Assembly (NCBI GenBank): GCA_951406725.2
Contig: OX597819.1
Coordinates: 63,240,001-63,304,000 of the forward strand
DNA from: Octopus vulgaris
Taxonomy: Eukaryota
Reading direction: 5' to 3'
DNA length: 64,000 bases
Shown here: piece by piece, positions 40,749 to 53,899 of the stretch
How positions within the stretch are numbered: position 1 is the first letter of the stretch
Layout of the letters: every line of letters starts with the position of its first letter
Notes under the pieces: generated by a model
Seen by the model: only the letters and a program-made list of their open reading frames with translations
Told to the model about the DNA's origin: nothing
The model's database searches: none
Program-made: the position numbers and the translations under genes

Positions 40749-42018
40749 CTTTAGTAGAAAGGTTTATTGTTAGTATTTTCTAGATCCTCGATCATGAGTG
40801 GTACAAACTGACCCCGGTATATTTTGAACTGAGTAATGTGAAATATTACACTCTGCAGCCATTCATCTGTCGTCCGAGCCTGTTTTTTATTAGCTTTATT
40901 ATTTCTCATACTACATTCAATACATTTGTACATGTGTGTGTGAGGAGGCATTTCCGTTTTTGGTTATGAAGTTTAGCTGAACCACAAAGAACACAACACA
41001 TTCAGAATACAACTGAACATACACATATTTATATTGTTATATCCCCGTAGATAAACTCACACCGCCGCACTGGCACACGCACCCATAACACCAATGACCA
41101 CATATATGTACGTACACACGCACAGACACACGGACATGTACTGTCGTTTCTGCAGTGGCTTGTCTCTATCTCTGTCTCTCTGTCCATACACACACGCACA
41201 CATACACACAAACACATATCGTTAAGCACACAAACGCATACATACATATAATTAGTTTGATAAATTTTGTTGATATATCTATCAATTTAATCTATGTGAC
41301 TTTATTTAGAGAAAAAGATAGGGAGAAAGAGAAAGACAGGGAGATTAAAAGCGAAAGAGAGAGAGACACCAATTGACAAGTAGAGAGTGTAGATGGAACT
41401 TTCAGATATAAAAGACAATGTGTATAGAAATCTAAAAAAAAAAAAAATCAGAAAGAGAGGAAGGAATAAAGAGTAACAGACAGAAAAAGAGAGGGAGTGA
41501 GGGAAACTTATACAGAGCAATATAAACCAAATGATTAAACGAAGACAACATCGAGATAATGAGAATATCAGAGAGAGAAGTGGTGAAATACAGAGTTAAA
41601 TAGACAGAAAGAAAAATAGACAAAGAGTTAAGAGCGAGAGATAGGTTGGAAGAAAGCGAACCACAAAGAGAAATACGAAGACATTTGCAAGGGGCGATCG
41701 TGATTATGTATCGGAAACCACTTACCAATTTCGTTGTAATTCAAAGAAAACTTACTAGAATTAAGGCAATGAACAATAGAGAATTGTACCAGCTTAAATT
41801 GGCTAGCCATTGTTAGGTTGGTAGCTTTCTTTCAATATCATTTTAAGTGTTTTATGAATTGTAGTCACCTTTGTGAAAGGTCAGAGAGTGATGGAATGAG
41901 ATAGAGGAAGAAGACAGGCGGATGGGAAGTGGAAGGGGGAACGGGAACGTAAAGCTACAAAGGGGGAGGGAGGGTAGGTGCTTTCTGTATGTGTACACAC
42001 ACACGAGTTCTTAATTTA

Positions 42019-43435
<1,417 letters not shown>

Positions 43436-44027
43436 TTTGATATAAATATATTTAGATAGATATGAGAAGTAACAGTCAATCTAATAGGGTGTGAGAAAAG
43501 AATGGAACACAACTAAAAGTGTTTTACTTTCCTTGCTTTAATTAATAGTAAACGTCAGTGAATTAAGAAAGCATTTACTGTTCGTCAATGGTGAATAATA
43601 GCAGCGCCTTCCGATGAACTTTTATTAAAAATGTTGTTATATTGTTACTTGCCAAAATGCCTTAAAAGAAAAACTTTCTAAAACAGACATATGTTTCTGA
43701 TTACTTCATTATTTTTGTTGTAATGTTTTATATCCTACTTCAGCAGAAGTGAAATATTGAAATGATTAATACTATTAATACTTTCTAGTTTTGGCATTCG
43801 GCCATATATTTTGAAGGTAGGTGAGTTGTTGCTTTAAAGGAATCCAGTTTTTAATGTTTGCTTATGTGATTGAACCTACGATATTGAAATGTAAATAGCA
43901 GTCATGTTGGGACTTGAAGTGGGGAATAAAGAGCAAGGCCTGGGATTTTTGGTGAGGTAGCTACTCAGTAACGTCTAACACCCTGTACTGAAATGATACT
44001 TATATGTATTAAGGAAAGAGCAATCCC

Positions 44028-44328
44028 TCGGTTACGACGACGAGAGTCCCAGCTGATACGAACAACGGAACAGCTTGCTTGTGAAATTGATATGAAAGTG
44101 GTTGAGCATTCTACAAACACGTTTACCCTTAATATAGTTCTCAGGGAAATTCAGCGTGACACAGAATGTGACAAGGACGGCCCTTTGAAATACAGGTACT
44201 ACTAATTTTTTGACAGCTGAGTGGACTGGAGCAACCCGAAATAAAGTATCTTGCTCAAGGACACAACCCGTCGCTAAGAATTGAAGTCACGACCGTGAGC
44301 AGAATGCCCTAACCCCTAAGCCACGCGT
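44028..44328 (-). mobile_element. tRNA-derived SINE sharing the family C head
   Basis: Minus strand cgcgtggcttaggggttagggc...gttgtgtccttgagcaagatactttatttc...gctccagtccactcagctg. Confidence 0.75.
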
Positions 44329-44538
44329 TTACAGTTTTATACACATACAAACACACACACACATAGAGGTTGCGGCAGAATTTTTATTTAGTAACTTTTA
44401 TGGCACAAAAATTGTTTTCTTCAGTAAATTTTATTATATAAAATATTATTGGAGGAGTTAACGAAGAAGAAAAAAAAAAGCAATTAATGGAAATAAATTA
44501 CAGTAGTTTTATGAAATTCATAAGGTATTGTTTCATCT

Positions 44539-44678
44539 AAGTAGCTTGCATACGAACCACACGGTTCCAGATTCAGTCCCATTGCGCCGCACCTTGAGAA
44601 AGTGTTTTCTACTATAACTTCGGGCTGATCAAAGTCTTGTGAGTGGATTTGGCAGACGGAAACTGAAAGAAGCCCGTC

Positions 44679-44721
<43 letters not shown>

Positions 44722-44945
44722 TGTATGTGTGTATATCTTTGTGTGCCAGTGTTTGGTCCCCCCAACATCGCTTGACAACCGATGGTGATGTGTTTACACC
44801 CCCCCTAACTTAGCGGTTTCTGCAAAATAGACCGATAGAATAAGTACTAGGTTTACAAAGAATAAGTCCTGGAGTCGGTTTCCTCGACTAAAGGCGGTGC
44901 TCCAGCATGGCCACAGTCAAATGACTGAAACAAGTAAAAGAGTAA
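44539..44945 (+). mobile_element. SINE family A (plus orientation)
   Basis: Reverse complement of the other family A copies. Confidence 0.85.
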
Positions 44946-44954
44946 ACATATACA

Positions 44955-45270
44955 AAAAGCTCCTCTTCGTTTTTAGCAGAATGCTGAACTTTATCGGTAA
45001 CACTTCTGCAAACCTTTTCACACATTTCCCCGTTAATCGTAGAAAATTTATCAGAAGTTGCTTGTTTCAATTCAGGAAATGTTTTCGGTTTCATGGAATA
45101 AAAAAGATTTTTCAATACACCCCACTAGATAAAGTCAGGTGGTATTAGATCTTCGTGATCGTGATGGCCACTCAGTTGCTCCACTTCGTCCTATACACCG
45201 CACCTCAAAATTAATATTTCACCATTTCCGAACGTTTAACCCACAGTGAGGCCGTGTACCATCCTGTAAA
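44955..45270 (-). mobile_element. Tc1/mariner (rosa-like) transposase C-terminal fragment
   Basis: Minus strand QDGT, RCIGRSGATEWPSRS and FYSMKPKTFPELKQATSDKF...MCEKVCRSV. Confidence 0.65.
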
Positions 45271-45453
45271 TTGTAGGAAACTATTAAAAAATACAAATAA
45301 GAAAGGGCGTTACTTCTGCCTCACCTTATATATATATATATATCGATTCTGAAACGATGAAAGGCTGAATTCCCCTCGGGGGAATTTGAAACCTGAATGA
45401 GGGGAATAAATATCATAAAATATCTTCAAATTTTATTGTTTGTATAGTGCTAT

Positions 45454-45668
45454 GGTGGCGAGCTGGCAGTGTCGTTAGCACGCCGGGCAAGATGCTTTGC
45501 GGCATTTCGTCCGTTTTTATGTTCTGAGTTCAAATTCCATGCAGATCGACTTTGCCTTTGATTATATCGGGGTCGATAAAATAAGTACGAGTTGAGCACT
45601 GGAGTCGATGTAATCAACTCACCCCCTTTCTCAATCTTGCTGGCCTTGTGCCTAAATTTGAAACCAAT
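45454..45668 (+). mobile_element. SINE family B, alternative tail
   Basis: ggtggcgagctggcag...ttctgagttcaaattcc...ggggtcgataaaataagtac...ggccttgtgcc. Confidence 0.8.
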
Positions 45669-46453
45669 TTGTGCGTTTTCTTACCATAAGCTATTTGTGT
45701 GTTGTCCTACCATAAGCTACTCAAATCTAACAATATCAGAATAAAAAAAAGTATCTATCAGAATTTGTAGTGAATGAAGCAGGCGAAGAAGAAAAGAAAT
45801 CTCGGAAGCGGAATAAAATAGGGAAATTGTTTATTTACTGAATTCTGAGTATATAAAATCAGTTAAGCTTAGTTAAATGTTAAAGCACAAAAAAGTAAGC
45901 TAACTTGGCATAAATGAATAAGCAATGTTGGGTTTTATTCAAACTTCGGTGTTTTATTCGCAACAACTGGCATATATTGATTTTTCAAACTGGAATAGTA
46001 TTCAATACATTGCAACGACCCCAGTACGACAATTAAAAGTTACTGACTGTGAAAGAATTACAAGCAAAGTCACCGATATTTGAATAAAATCTCTCAAATA
46101 AAGGCACATAGGAAAGTACACTTAGAGTGTTTCTTCTTATATTCTTTCGGTCCTGGTAAGCCACTGAGCGAAAGTAGAGGTTGCAGTTACATATTCATCA
46201 CATACTCTCTTCTACTCTCTTGTACTTGTTTCAGTCATATTACTATAGCCATGCTGGAGCACCGCCTTTAGTCGAGCAAATGGAGCCCAGGACTCATTCT
46301 TTGTAAGCCTAGTACTTATTCTATCGGTCTCTTTTTGCCGAACCGCTAAGTTACATGGACGTAAACACACTAGCATCGGTTGTCAAGCGATGTTGGGGTC
46401 GGGGGACAAACACAGACACACAAACATATATACACACACACGTACATACATAC

Positions 46454-46502
<49 letters not shown>

Positions 46503-46508
<6 letters not shown>

Positions 46509-46697
46509 ATCCAAACAAGAAAACACAAAAAACACAACAATACGAGGACTTGGAACAAATATAGTATTATTGGACGCTGAGGAAAGAAGGAGGGCTTAAC
46601 GTTTCGAGCGGAGCTCTTCGTCGGAAACATAGGATAAGGAAAGATCCAGAGAAGGGAAGACAGAAGAAAAAAAATCGTCAACGGTACACACGAGGTC
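46503..46697 (-). mobile_element. Short PLE-derived insert with hammerhead-like motif
   Basis: Minus strand ccgacga-a-gagc-tcc-gctc-gaaacgtta at ~46595-46625. Interrupts the (TA)n tract of the SINE. Confidence 0.55.
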
Positions 46698-46820
46698 AGT
46701 TTCTGTCTACCAAATCCACTCACAAGGTTTTGGTCGGCCCGAAGCTATAGTAGAAGACACTTGCTCAAGCTACCACGCAGAGAGACTGAACCCGGAAACA
46801 TGGGGTTCGTAAGCAAGCTA

Positions 46821-49641
46821 CTTTATTTCATAAATATTTGAATATTTGCCATGAAGGCATTACAAAGAGGGGACGAACAAGGACAGACAAACATAAAAAG
46901 GTTAATTAACTGTAGCGATTAAATATTTACAATTTAAAAATGCAATAATTTAATGAATAAAGTTTATAACTTTTGACTAAAGCATTGCGCATTACAAATG
47001 AAATTTGTAATGGCTTCTCTGAAGGATAGGCATCCGACTACCAGGGTAGACCCCTTTATTTTTCTTTCCTGTTTTTAGCTTCCACTTACCTGGTGTCAAA
47101 CACTCCCAGCTTCCTCGCCTCAGGCTTCCATCTTCTCATGAATCTGTCTCGTGACAGGTACCTCTTCTCCGGCCTGTTCTTACTACTGAAGTGGTAACTA
47201 AAAAAGTTAACCACCCACTGGCCGGATACAAAGGTTCCCGTCACTATGCCTCTCACACGCGTCTTCCATACTGTTTCTTTCAGTATGGCTACTAGGCAGA
47301 AAAAGCAAGCCTTCCTTTCCCTATTAAGGGAAGGAGGTGGCACAATCTCGATGATAGATTCAGCTGATAGCTGTACTCTTCCCAACGATGACAACAGTTG
47401 CTCTGCGAAAACTATCAGTCTCGTTAATTCCGGACATTCCACAAATGCGTGCAAAACAGTTTCCCTGCCCTGCCCGCGCCTCGGACATGTCGGTGAGACG
47501 GCAATTCCGTGCCTTGACAGTTTATCACGAACAGGTAACGCCACATGGAAGCACTGCCAAGCCAGGGATTTCTGGTAATTGTCCAGATAACTCGGCCCGA
47601 AAGTTCTCGGGAACAGGTTGATTAGCTGATTTTCATCGTAGCCCAAAGTCTCTCCAAGGCGTCTTCGGACTTAACCTCCACTAACCCACTATAGAAATCC
47701 GCGGTAGAACTCCTATTGCCGGCATTGTCCGCCCGAGAGAGTAGCTGAAGTGCCTGGCGGCACTCCAATTTCCAGTCCCCTAGCCCAGGTCTCTGCTTGA
47801 TCCAATTACCAATGTCCGTTAAGGAAGTTAATTGTGGAAGGTAGAACCGAACGTACGGTGACCACACCTGCTCTTCATCCAGGTAAAGTCAGAGGTGCCT
47901 CAACCTTAACGCGAATTTTCGCATCCTCAGCCAAGGCATCCCTAACCCACCCTTTAGCGGTTTCTGGCAGCAGACAGAGCGATTCACGAGTGGCTTTCCT
48001 CCTTTCTACAAAAAGCGGAAAAGGATTCTCTCCAACTTGTTCAGCCACAAATCGGGACAGGGCACCACGGTCAGACGGTAGGTGATAACAGATGCTATAA
48101 ACATCTGCATCACCTCCGCTTTTCCTAGCAAGGATAACGCCCACCCAGAGCAGGTCTGTGTTAGAACAGTCACTTTGCTGGCCACCTCACTCCAATTTTT
48201 CTCTATCTGGAGGTCTGGCTCGAACCAGACTCCGATAAGCTTAACAGGACCTTCCGTCCAACACCCCACGACGTTATTGGACAGCATCGGCTTGCCCCTC
48301 CAGGTGCCGAGCTGCAAACCAATTTACTTGTCCTTGTTAACCTTTGCTCCTGCCACCGCTTCGTAACTTTTGATAGCCTCTTCCAACATTGGAAGCTGGC
48401 CCTCATCCGCCACGATGATGGAGATGTCATCCGCATACGCCGTAGCTCCTCTTCCACACCATAGATAATGTGCTCCCCCTAGTGCCTACAACTTCCGAAA
48501 TAATGGCTCGATTGCCAATACATACAAAAGCGGGGACAGGGGCACCCCTGACGCACTGAGCGCTCGATCCTGAATGGCTTCGAGAGGAAACCATTCACTT
48601 TTACTGAGTGATATTTGGCTTTTTCGGCCGTCTCAAATCTGGCCTCCATTGTCCCATATGCCCGACCCCTCGCTATTTATTTTATATCATTCCTTAGAGG
48701 GTCCAGGCATCTTTCTATTTCGCGCTTTTCGAAGTGCTTGAATTTTTTCAATGAAGGACAGTACGTTTTGTAAACGACTGTTCTTCGCTTCATATTTTCA
48801 ACAGTAGGGGAGGGTGAGATCTTTATATCCCCACCCTCCTCTTTCATTCTCTCAAAAAGCTCGGAGAGCTTCTCCGTTTGCACTACTACATTTTTACACG
48901 ATACAGCGGCTACTGCCGCGAACTTTTTTGCTGGCTCATGCTGCTGGTTTGTTTCTTGAATTATTTCGACCGACATATTCGTTCGAAATAAATTTATACA
49001 CAATTTAATCCCAGAAAATGGGAAACCTATATTTTTTAACCTTTTTTTTCTCTCAACGAGGACATCAGTTCAAATCCCACCCCCGCTGGGGGGCGAGACG
49101 TAGCAACAAAGCCTACAACATTCGAAATTAAATATTTCACACAGTAATAAATATACAGTATCCTTAAAACGGGAATCCTATAATATTATTTTCCCTCACA
49201 ACGAGAACAAAAGTTCAAATCTCACCCACGCTAGGGGCGGGTGCCATAATAGAGCTTACAACGGCTAAAATTTAATTTTTCACACAATAATAAATTGATT
49301 GTCCAAAACAACGGGAAACCTATAATATTTTTTCCTCTTAATAATGATAACAGTTCAAATCCCATCCCCGCTGGGTAGGTGGGGGCATGGCATAAAAGCC
49401 TGCAACGGCTGTAACAAGTTCAATATTTCAATTCACAACTGCAAAAATTGTTTTACGCAAACAATTACTTTCTCCCGTCACCGGGAAAAAGCACAAACGT
49501 TTTCAAAGTTTAAAAGTTCGACAATGTTCAACTGTTCGAAAATATGCAACAATAAACAACAATTCTAACAGAAAAATTATCCAACGTTCAACCAAACGTT
49601 TGACTCACCGCCAAAAGAGAACACGTCTATCCACGACAGAG
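46821..49641 (-). mobile_element. Tx1/L1-clade LINE with both ends and a large internal deletion (ORF1 5' part fused to ORF2 3' part)
   Basis: TSD gtaagcaagcta at 46809-46820 and 49642-49653. ORF1 start at 48604-49003. ORF2 motifs SVRQGCPLSPLLYVLAIEPL, AYADD, ALSLLGKAEV and the zinc finger CPR.GQGRETVLHAFVEC. Confidence 0.92.
49018..49440 (-). repeat. Three ~147-bp tandem monomers in the Tx1 5' UTR
   Basis: 'gggaa.cctata...agttcaaatc.ca..cc.cgct.gg...agc.tacaac' starts at ~49020, ~49170 and ~49313. Confidence 0.85.
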
Positions 49642-49936
49642 GTAAGCAAGCTATTTACCACACAGCAACTCCTGCTTATTTCTATTTTAATTATCTGAAT
49701 TAAATACCGAGAATGGTGAGTTTCTTTATTAATTGAATAAATTATTTTACTTCAACTCTCTCCTTTGAATGGCAAAACGAAAGCAGAGTCCTAGTAGCAA
49801 TTTCCAATTGCTAACAGAGGAAGGAAAGATAATTTCAAACACCAAGTTTTAGTGACAAGAATCGTCTTTATCATACAGTTTCACGAAGCGAACAGGTCAT
49901 TTGAAGATCGTTCGGGCATTTATATATATATATATA

Positions 49937-50270
49937 TAAATTCTTTTGCTAGTTTATTTTCTCTTTTTGTCTTCTCTCCTGGTGCTGTATGAACTTTTAA
50001 TGTCGTTTTAGAGTCAAGTTTTGACTGCTATTTCAAGCCGTGTTGTATTTCTTAGATAGCCTAAATTATAATTTTAATAATAATTATTTCCTTTGAAGTC
50101 GTTATTCCCATGCTGGACACTTGATAAGTTCGATATTTGAATAACGTTCTTATCTTTATTTCTATAAATTTATGTTTATTTCGCCATTATATTCACTGCG
50201 GTGATATATTTGACCATATCGCACGAGGAGTTTTAGACGGGCAATTTAAACTGGTCGTGTGCATACATGA

Positions 50271-50301
<31 letters not shown>

Positions 50302-50605
50302 TACATATTTGTATTTATGTGCTGCGTATATTCCACTGATGAAGGCAAAGCATTTCTTATGCAGAGTCAGAAATCCGGGATCTGGAATTATCCAGTAATT
50401 TTTTTGCTAGTTTATTTTGTCTTTTTGTCTGGTGCTGTATGAACATTTAATGTGGTTTTAGAGACAAGTTTTGGCTGCTATTTCAAGCGTGGTGGTATCT
50501 CTTAGGTACCCTAAATTATAATTTTAATAATAATTATTACCATTGAAGTTTTTTATTCCCATGCTAGCCACTTGATAAGTTCGATATTTAAATAACGATC
50601 TTATC
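49937..50605 (+). repeat. 1.5-copy tandem repeat (~455-bp period) containing a hammerhead ribozyme; PLE pseudo-LTR or retrozyme-like
   Basis: 49941-50154 matches 50399-50605. Both outer ends abut (TA)n. Confidence 0.8.
50330..50388 (+). ncRNA. Type I hammerhead ribozyme (minimal, PLE-type)
   Basis: Stem I attcca/tggaat, core CUGAUGA (50336-42), stem II ggc..gcat/atgc..gtc, GAAA (50370-73), one-bp stem III with ccggg loop, cleavage triplet AUC (50380-82). Confidence 0.75.
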
Positions 50606-50606
50606 A

Positions 50607-50870
<264 letters not shown>

Positions 50871-51519
50871 CTGTCGTACAAGACAAATCAGAAACACAAC
50901 ATCCCCAGCGTTATAATGTAAAATTTTTTAGGGCAAATCAACAAAACTTTCTAACAAGATTAACGGCAATTCGCACCGTTTAACAATGGCAATTTATATT
51001 TAACACCATCGTCACGGTTTAGCAATCGCAGGATGCGACCCCTTCATACATCACGGCTAAAAGTTTTCAACGCTATTAATTGGACGGACTATCCGCATTG
51101 TCTGGTGTCAAGGATGCTATGAAGAATAATTTTCGAATTTCCTCCTTAATACAGCACAATAGGATTTTTTCAATTAAGTGATAACCAATGTCACTCACAG
51201 TAATAACTACAACACTAAACTATAATGACTCGTGAAGTAAAAAATAGAACTGTCATATTAATTTTATAACTTTTTAATTCATAAAAAGAAAAGTTTCCCC
51301 ATTCATCATCAAGTCATCATTTAATGAACAACAACACAAATTATGATGCCGCAGTAAAATTCTACATAATGGGTAGTGGCTGCATTACGAATGAGGCATG
51401 TAAAGGTTTTGATTTATTTTGAATAATGAATAACAGACGCATACACGCGTTCGCAAAGAAACATCTGTACATACATACGTACATCTATCTATCCATCTAC
51501 GTATGTGTGTAAATATATG

Positions 51520-51559
<40 letters not shown>

Positions 51560-52194
51560 TACATACCTACTCGTATACATACATACACACACACTTATTA
51601 TAATATAGGCAGTATTCAAATTTGAATATGAGCCGCAAATAGTTTCATGCCGTGGAAACATTAATTCGGCATATCTATATAACGCGCCTTGTGCATCCAA
51701 GCAACCCTTCAGGTTCAAAAAACAATGTAGTTAGATATTTATTGCATGCTTAGTTGTCGTGTTCATTTTAATTACCTGAACTTAGTACCGAGAAACCTCG
51801 GAGACAGAATGGACGTTATATAAGGGTGGGATTATATAAAATGCTGTGATTCTAGCTGAAGCAGCTTTAACTGTTTTTGCTTATTGACAGTTAAACTATA
51901 TTGAATGAAAGCATGAAAGCAGGAAACAGTATTAACTTCAGTAGAAGTGGTTTCAACAGGTATTTTCTCGTAGTTCTGTCTCTGTATTAATGTAAGTTTA
52001 ATGCCAGCAAGTTGGCTGAAGCGTTACGGCGTTGAAATGCTGGGTTGCATTTCTTGTAAGTTTTTACACTCTGGTCGGCTTTATCTATCATTCTTTCCGT
52101 GTCGATGGAAATACGTATCAGTCGAGCACAGGCGCGATTTAAAGGTCACACTCACTCCTCTGAAATTCGTACCGTCGTGCCAATATATGAAACC

Positions 52195-52395
52195 ATTTGA
52201 ATCGGCGAGCCTGCGTCGGACAAGATGCTTAACGACATTTTTTCCGTCTCTACTTGCTGAGCTCAAATCCGTCCGTGCTCAAATTTACTTTTCATCCTTT
52301 TGAGGCCGTTAAAATGAAGTACCACTTAAGTACCGAGGTCGATGTAATCTTCTACTTCTCCTAACATCGCTTATGTGTTAGAATTTGAAAGAATT
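52195..52395 (+). mobile_element. Diverged SINE family B
   Basis: 'gatgcttaacgacattt...ctgagctcaaatcc...ttttcatccttttgagg...aagtacc...ggtcgatgtaatc'. Confidence 0.55.
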
Positions 52396-52579
52396 AACGT
52401 AAACTATCAACGTTTAATCAAGTCATTCTGGGAATATAAAAATTTGTAATAGTATTTGTTTTAGAAGAGAGGGAAATGTAAGAGTTATAGTTTTTCATGC
52501 AATTTATTTCCCATACAAATATAATTGTTAGAGGTTTGATCATACTTGTTGGTTACATACGGACGCAATTTATGTATGA

Positions 52580-52935
52580 TTCGTCTGCACTGTCTGGTCG
52601 CTGATGTCATCTATCGCACGCCTGCAGCGCATTGATGACGCTATAACGAAAATCTACTCCATTAAGCGCAATTTCTCCAGCTGCCTTGACAGTCTGATAC
52701 GTCCAGCTCGTCATAGTGTCCTTTGCGTTCTTTACCTGCCTCTTGATCTACTACCCTCGACTCTTTCTTCTATGATAATGTTTTACAGACCTCTGCTTCT
52801 TCGGCTATGACCATAATAAATGAGCTTTTCTTTTGCCACAATGTTCAGGAATTGTCGTCTCTCACCTGCTTGTTGTAACGCCCACGTATTTGTCTGATAA
52901 TTCTTGTAAGCGAATCACAACATTCTGCTATACAT
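52580..52935 (-). mobile_element. Old RTE (BovB-like) LINE 3' fragment
   Basis: Minus strand TN.WALQQAGERRQFLNIVAKEKLIYYGHSRR...IIIEERVEGSRSRGR. Confidence 0.65.
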
Positions 52936-53899
52936 CTGTACTGTCTACATTCTTTTGATATACTGATTTTTAAAATTGAAAGAAAGAAATGGTGATGGGA
53001 GTGTTGAGACGATAAAACTGATTTCGGTACGCATTAAGTCATATATTTTAATAGATCCCCAAGGGGAGTGGTTATGAAATTCATTTCGGAGTCATATGAA
53101 CTGAAAACATAAAGGGCATAAACTAAATACCAACAAACATATCGTCAGATATGCAAATGATTGGGACAAGAACTCGCTTTAAAATACACTGATTTTTTAA
53201 AAATATAGACTGAAGCACTCAAAATTCGCCGGAGACAATTGGCGATTAATACAACCGTAGTACTTAAGGTATGCTCAATATTTCTGATCCAGAGTAAAGT
53301 AAAGAAATAAATATTTCTGATCCAGGAAGGAGAAAAACTGAAGTTTATAATGGTGGAATCTGAATTCTAGTGATAAGGATCTGAAACAAATAATGCAAGC
53401 TTTTTTTACCCGAGGTTATAACGATTCAGCCACTACTGCATTGTAATTATTTTGGCAACAATCCCATATCATCTGGAAAGCTTCCAAAAGCAATCGTCCA
53501 GGGGCAAATCTAAGATATTCAAATAGATTCCATCTTTAAAGTAGAGCAGTTATATCTTTTTTCTCGACATTGATCAGTATCTAATCTTTGCTGATATCTT
53601 GGGAAAGAAATTGAGTGAATGTAAAACATTTGTTCTGTATAAACCACTAACATCAAGAAACTCCCTACAGGGTTTTAGGTTGATTTATCTATAGGCACAT
53701 TTAGCATTACATTCATATCCACTAATAATTTGAGAATCCTGTCCCAAGTTTTATATATAGAAATATTTGTACAGAATACGTGCATGTTATGAGTGGTGAA
53801 AATATATACTGCATTCTCTAAAATGCGTATCTGGTCATATCAAATTTCTAAACCACATCTTGCTTTTGCTGTCTGTTCTCTAACAAAGATAATCCCCGA

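Larger units (their letters stand above)
46215..49675 (-). mobile_element. SINE family A host carrying two nested insertions (46503-46697 and 46821-49641)
   Basis: Tail and body at 46215-46500, CORE segment at 46697-46820, remainder of tRNA head at 49642-49675. Confidence 0.85.

Noticed and set aside
49018-49440. CRISPR-like repeat-spacer array
   Set aside because: Whole ~147-bp units are homologous with no unique spacers, the context is eukaryotic, and no cas genes are present.
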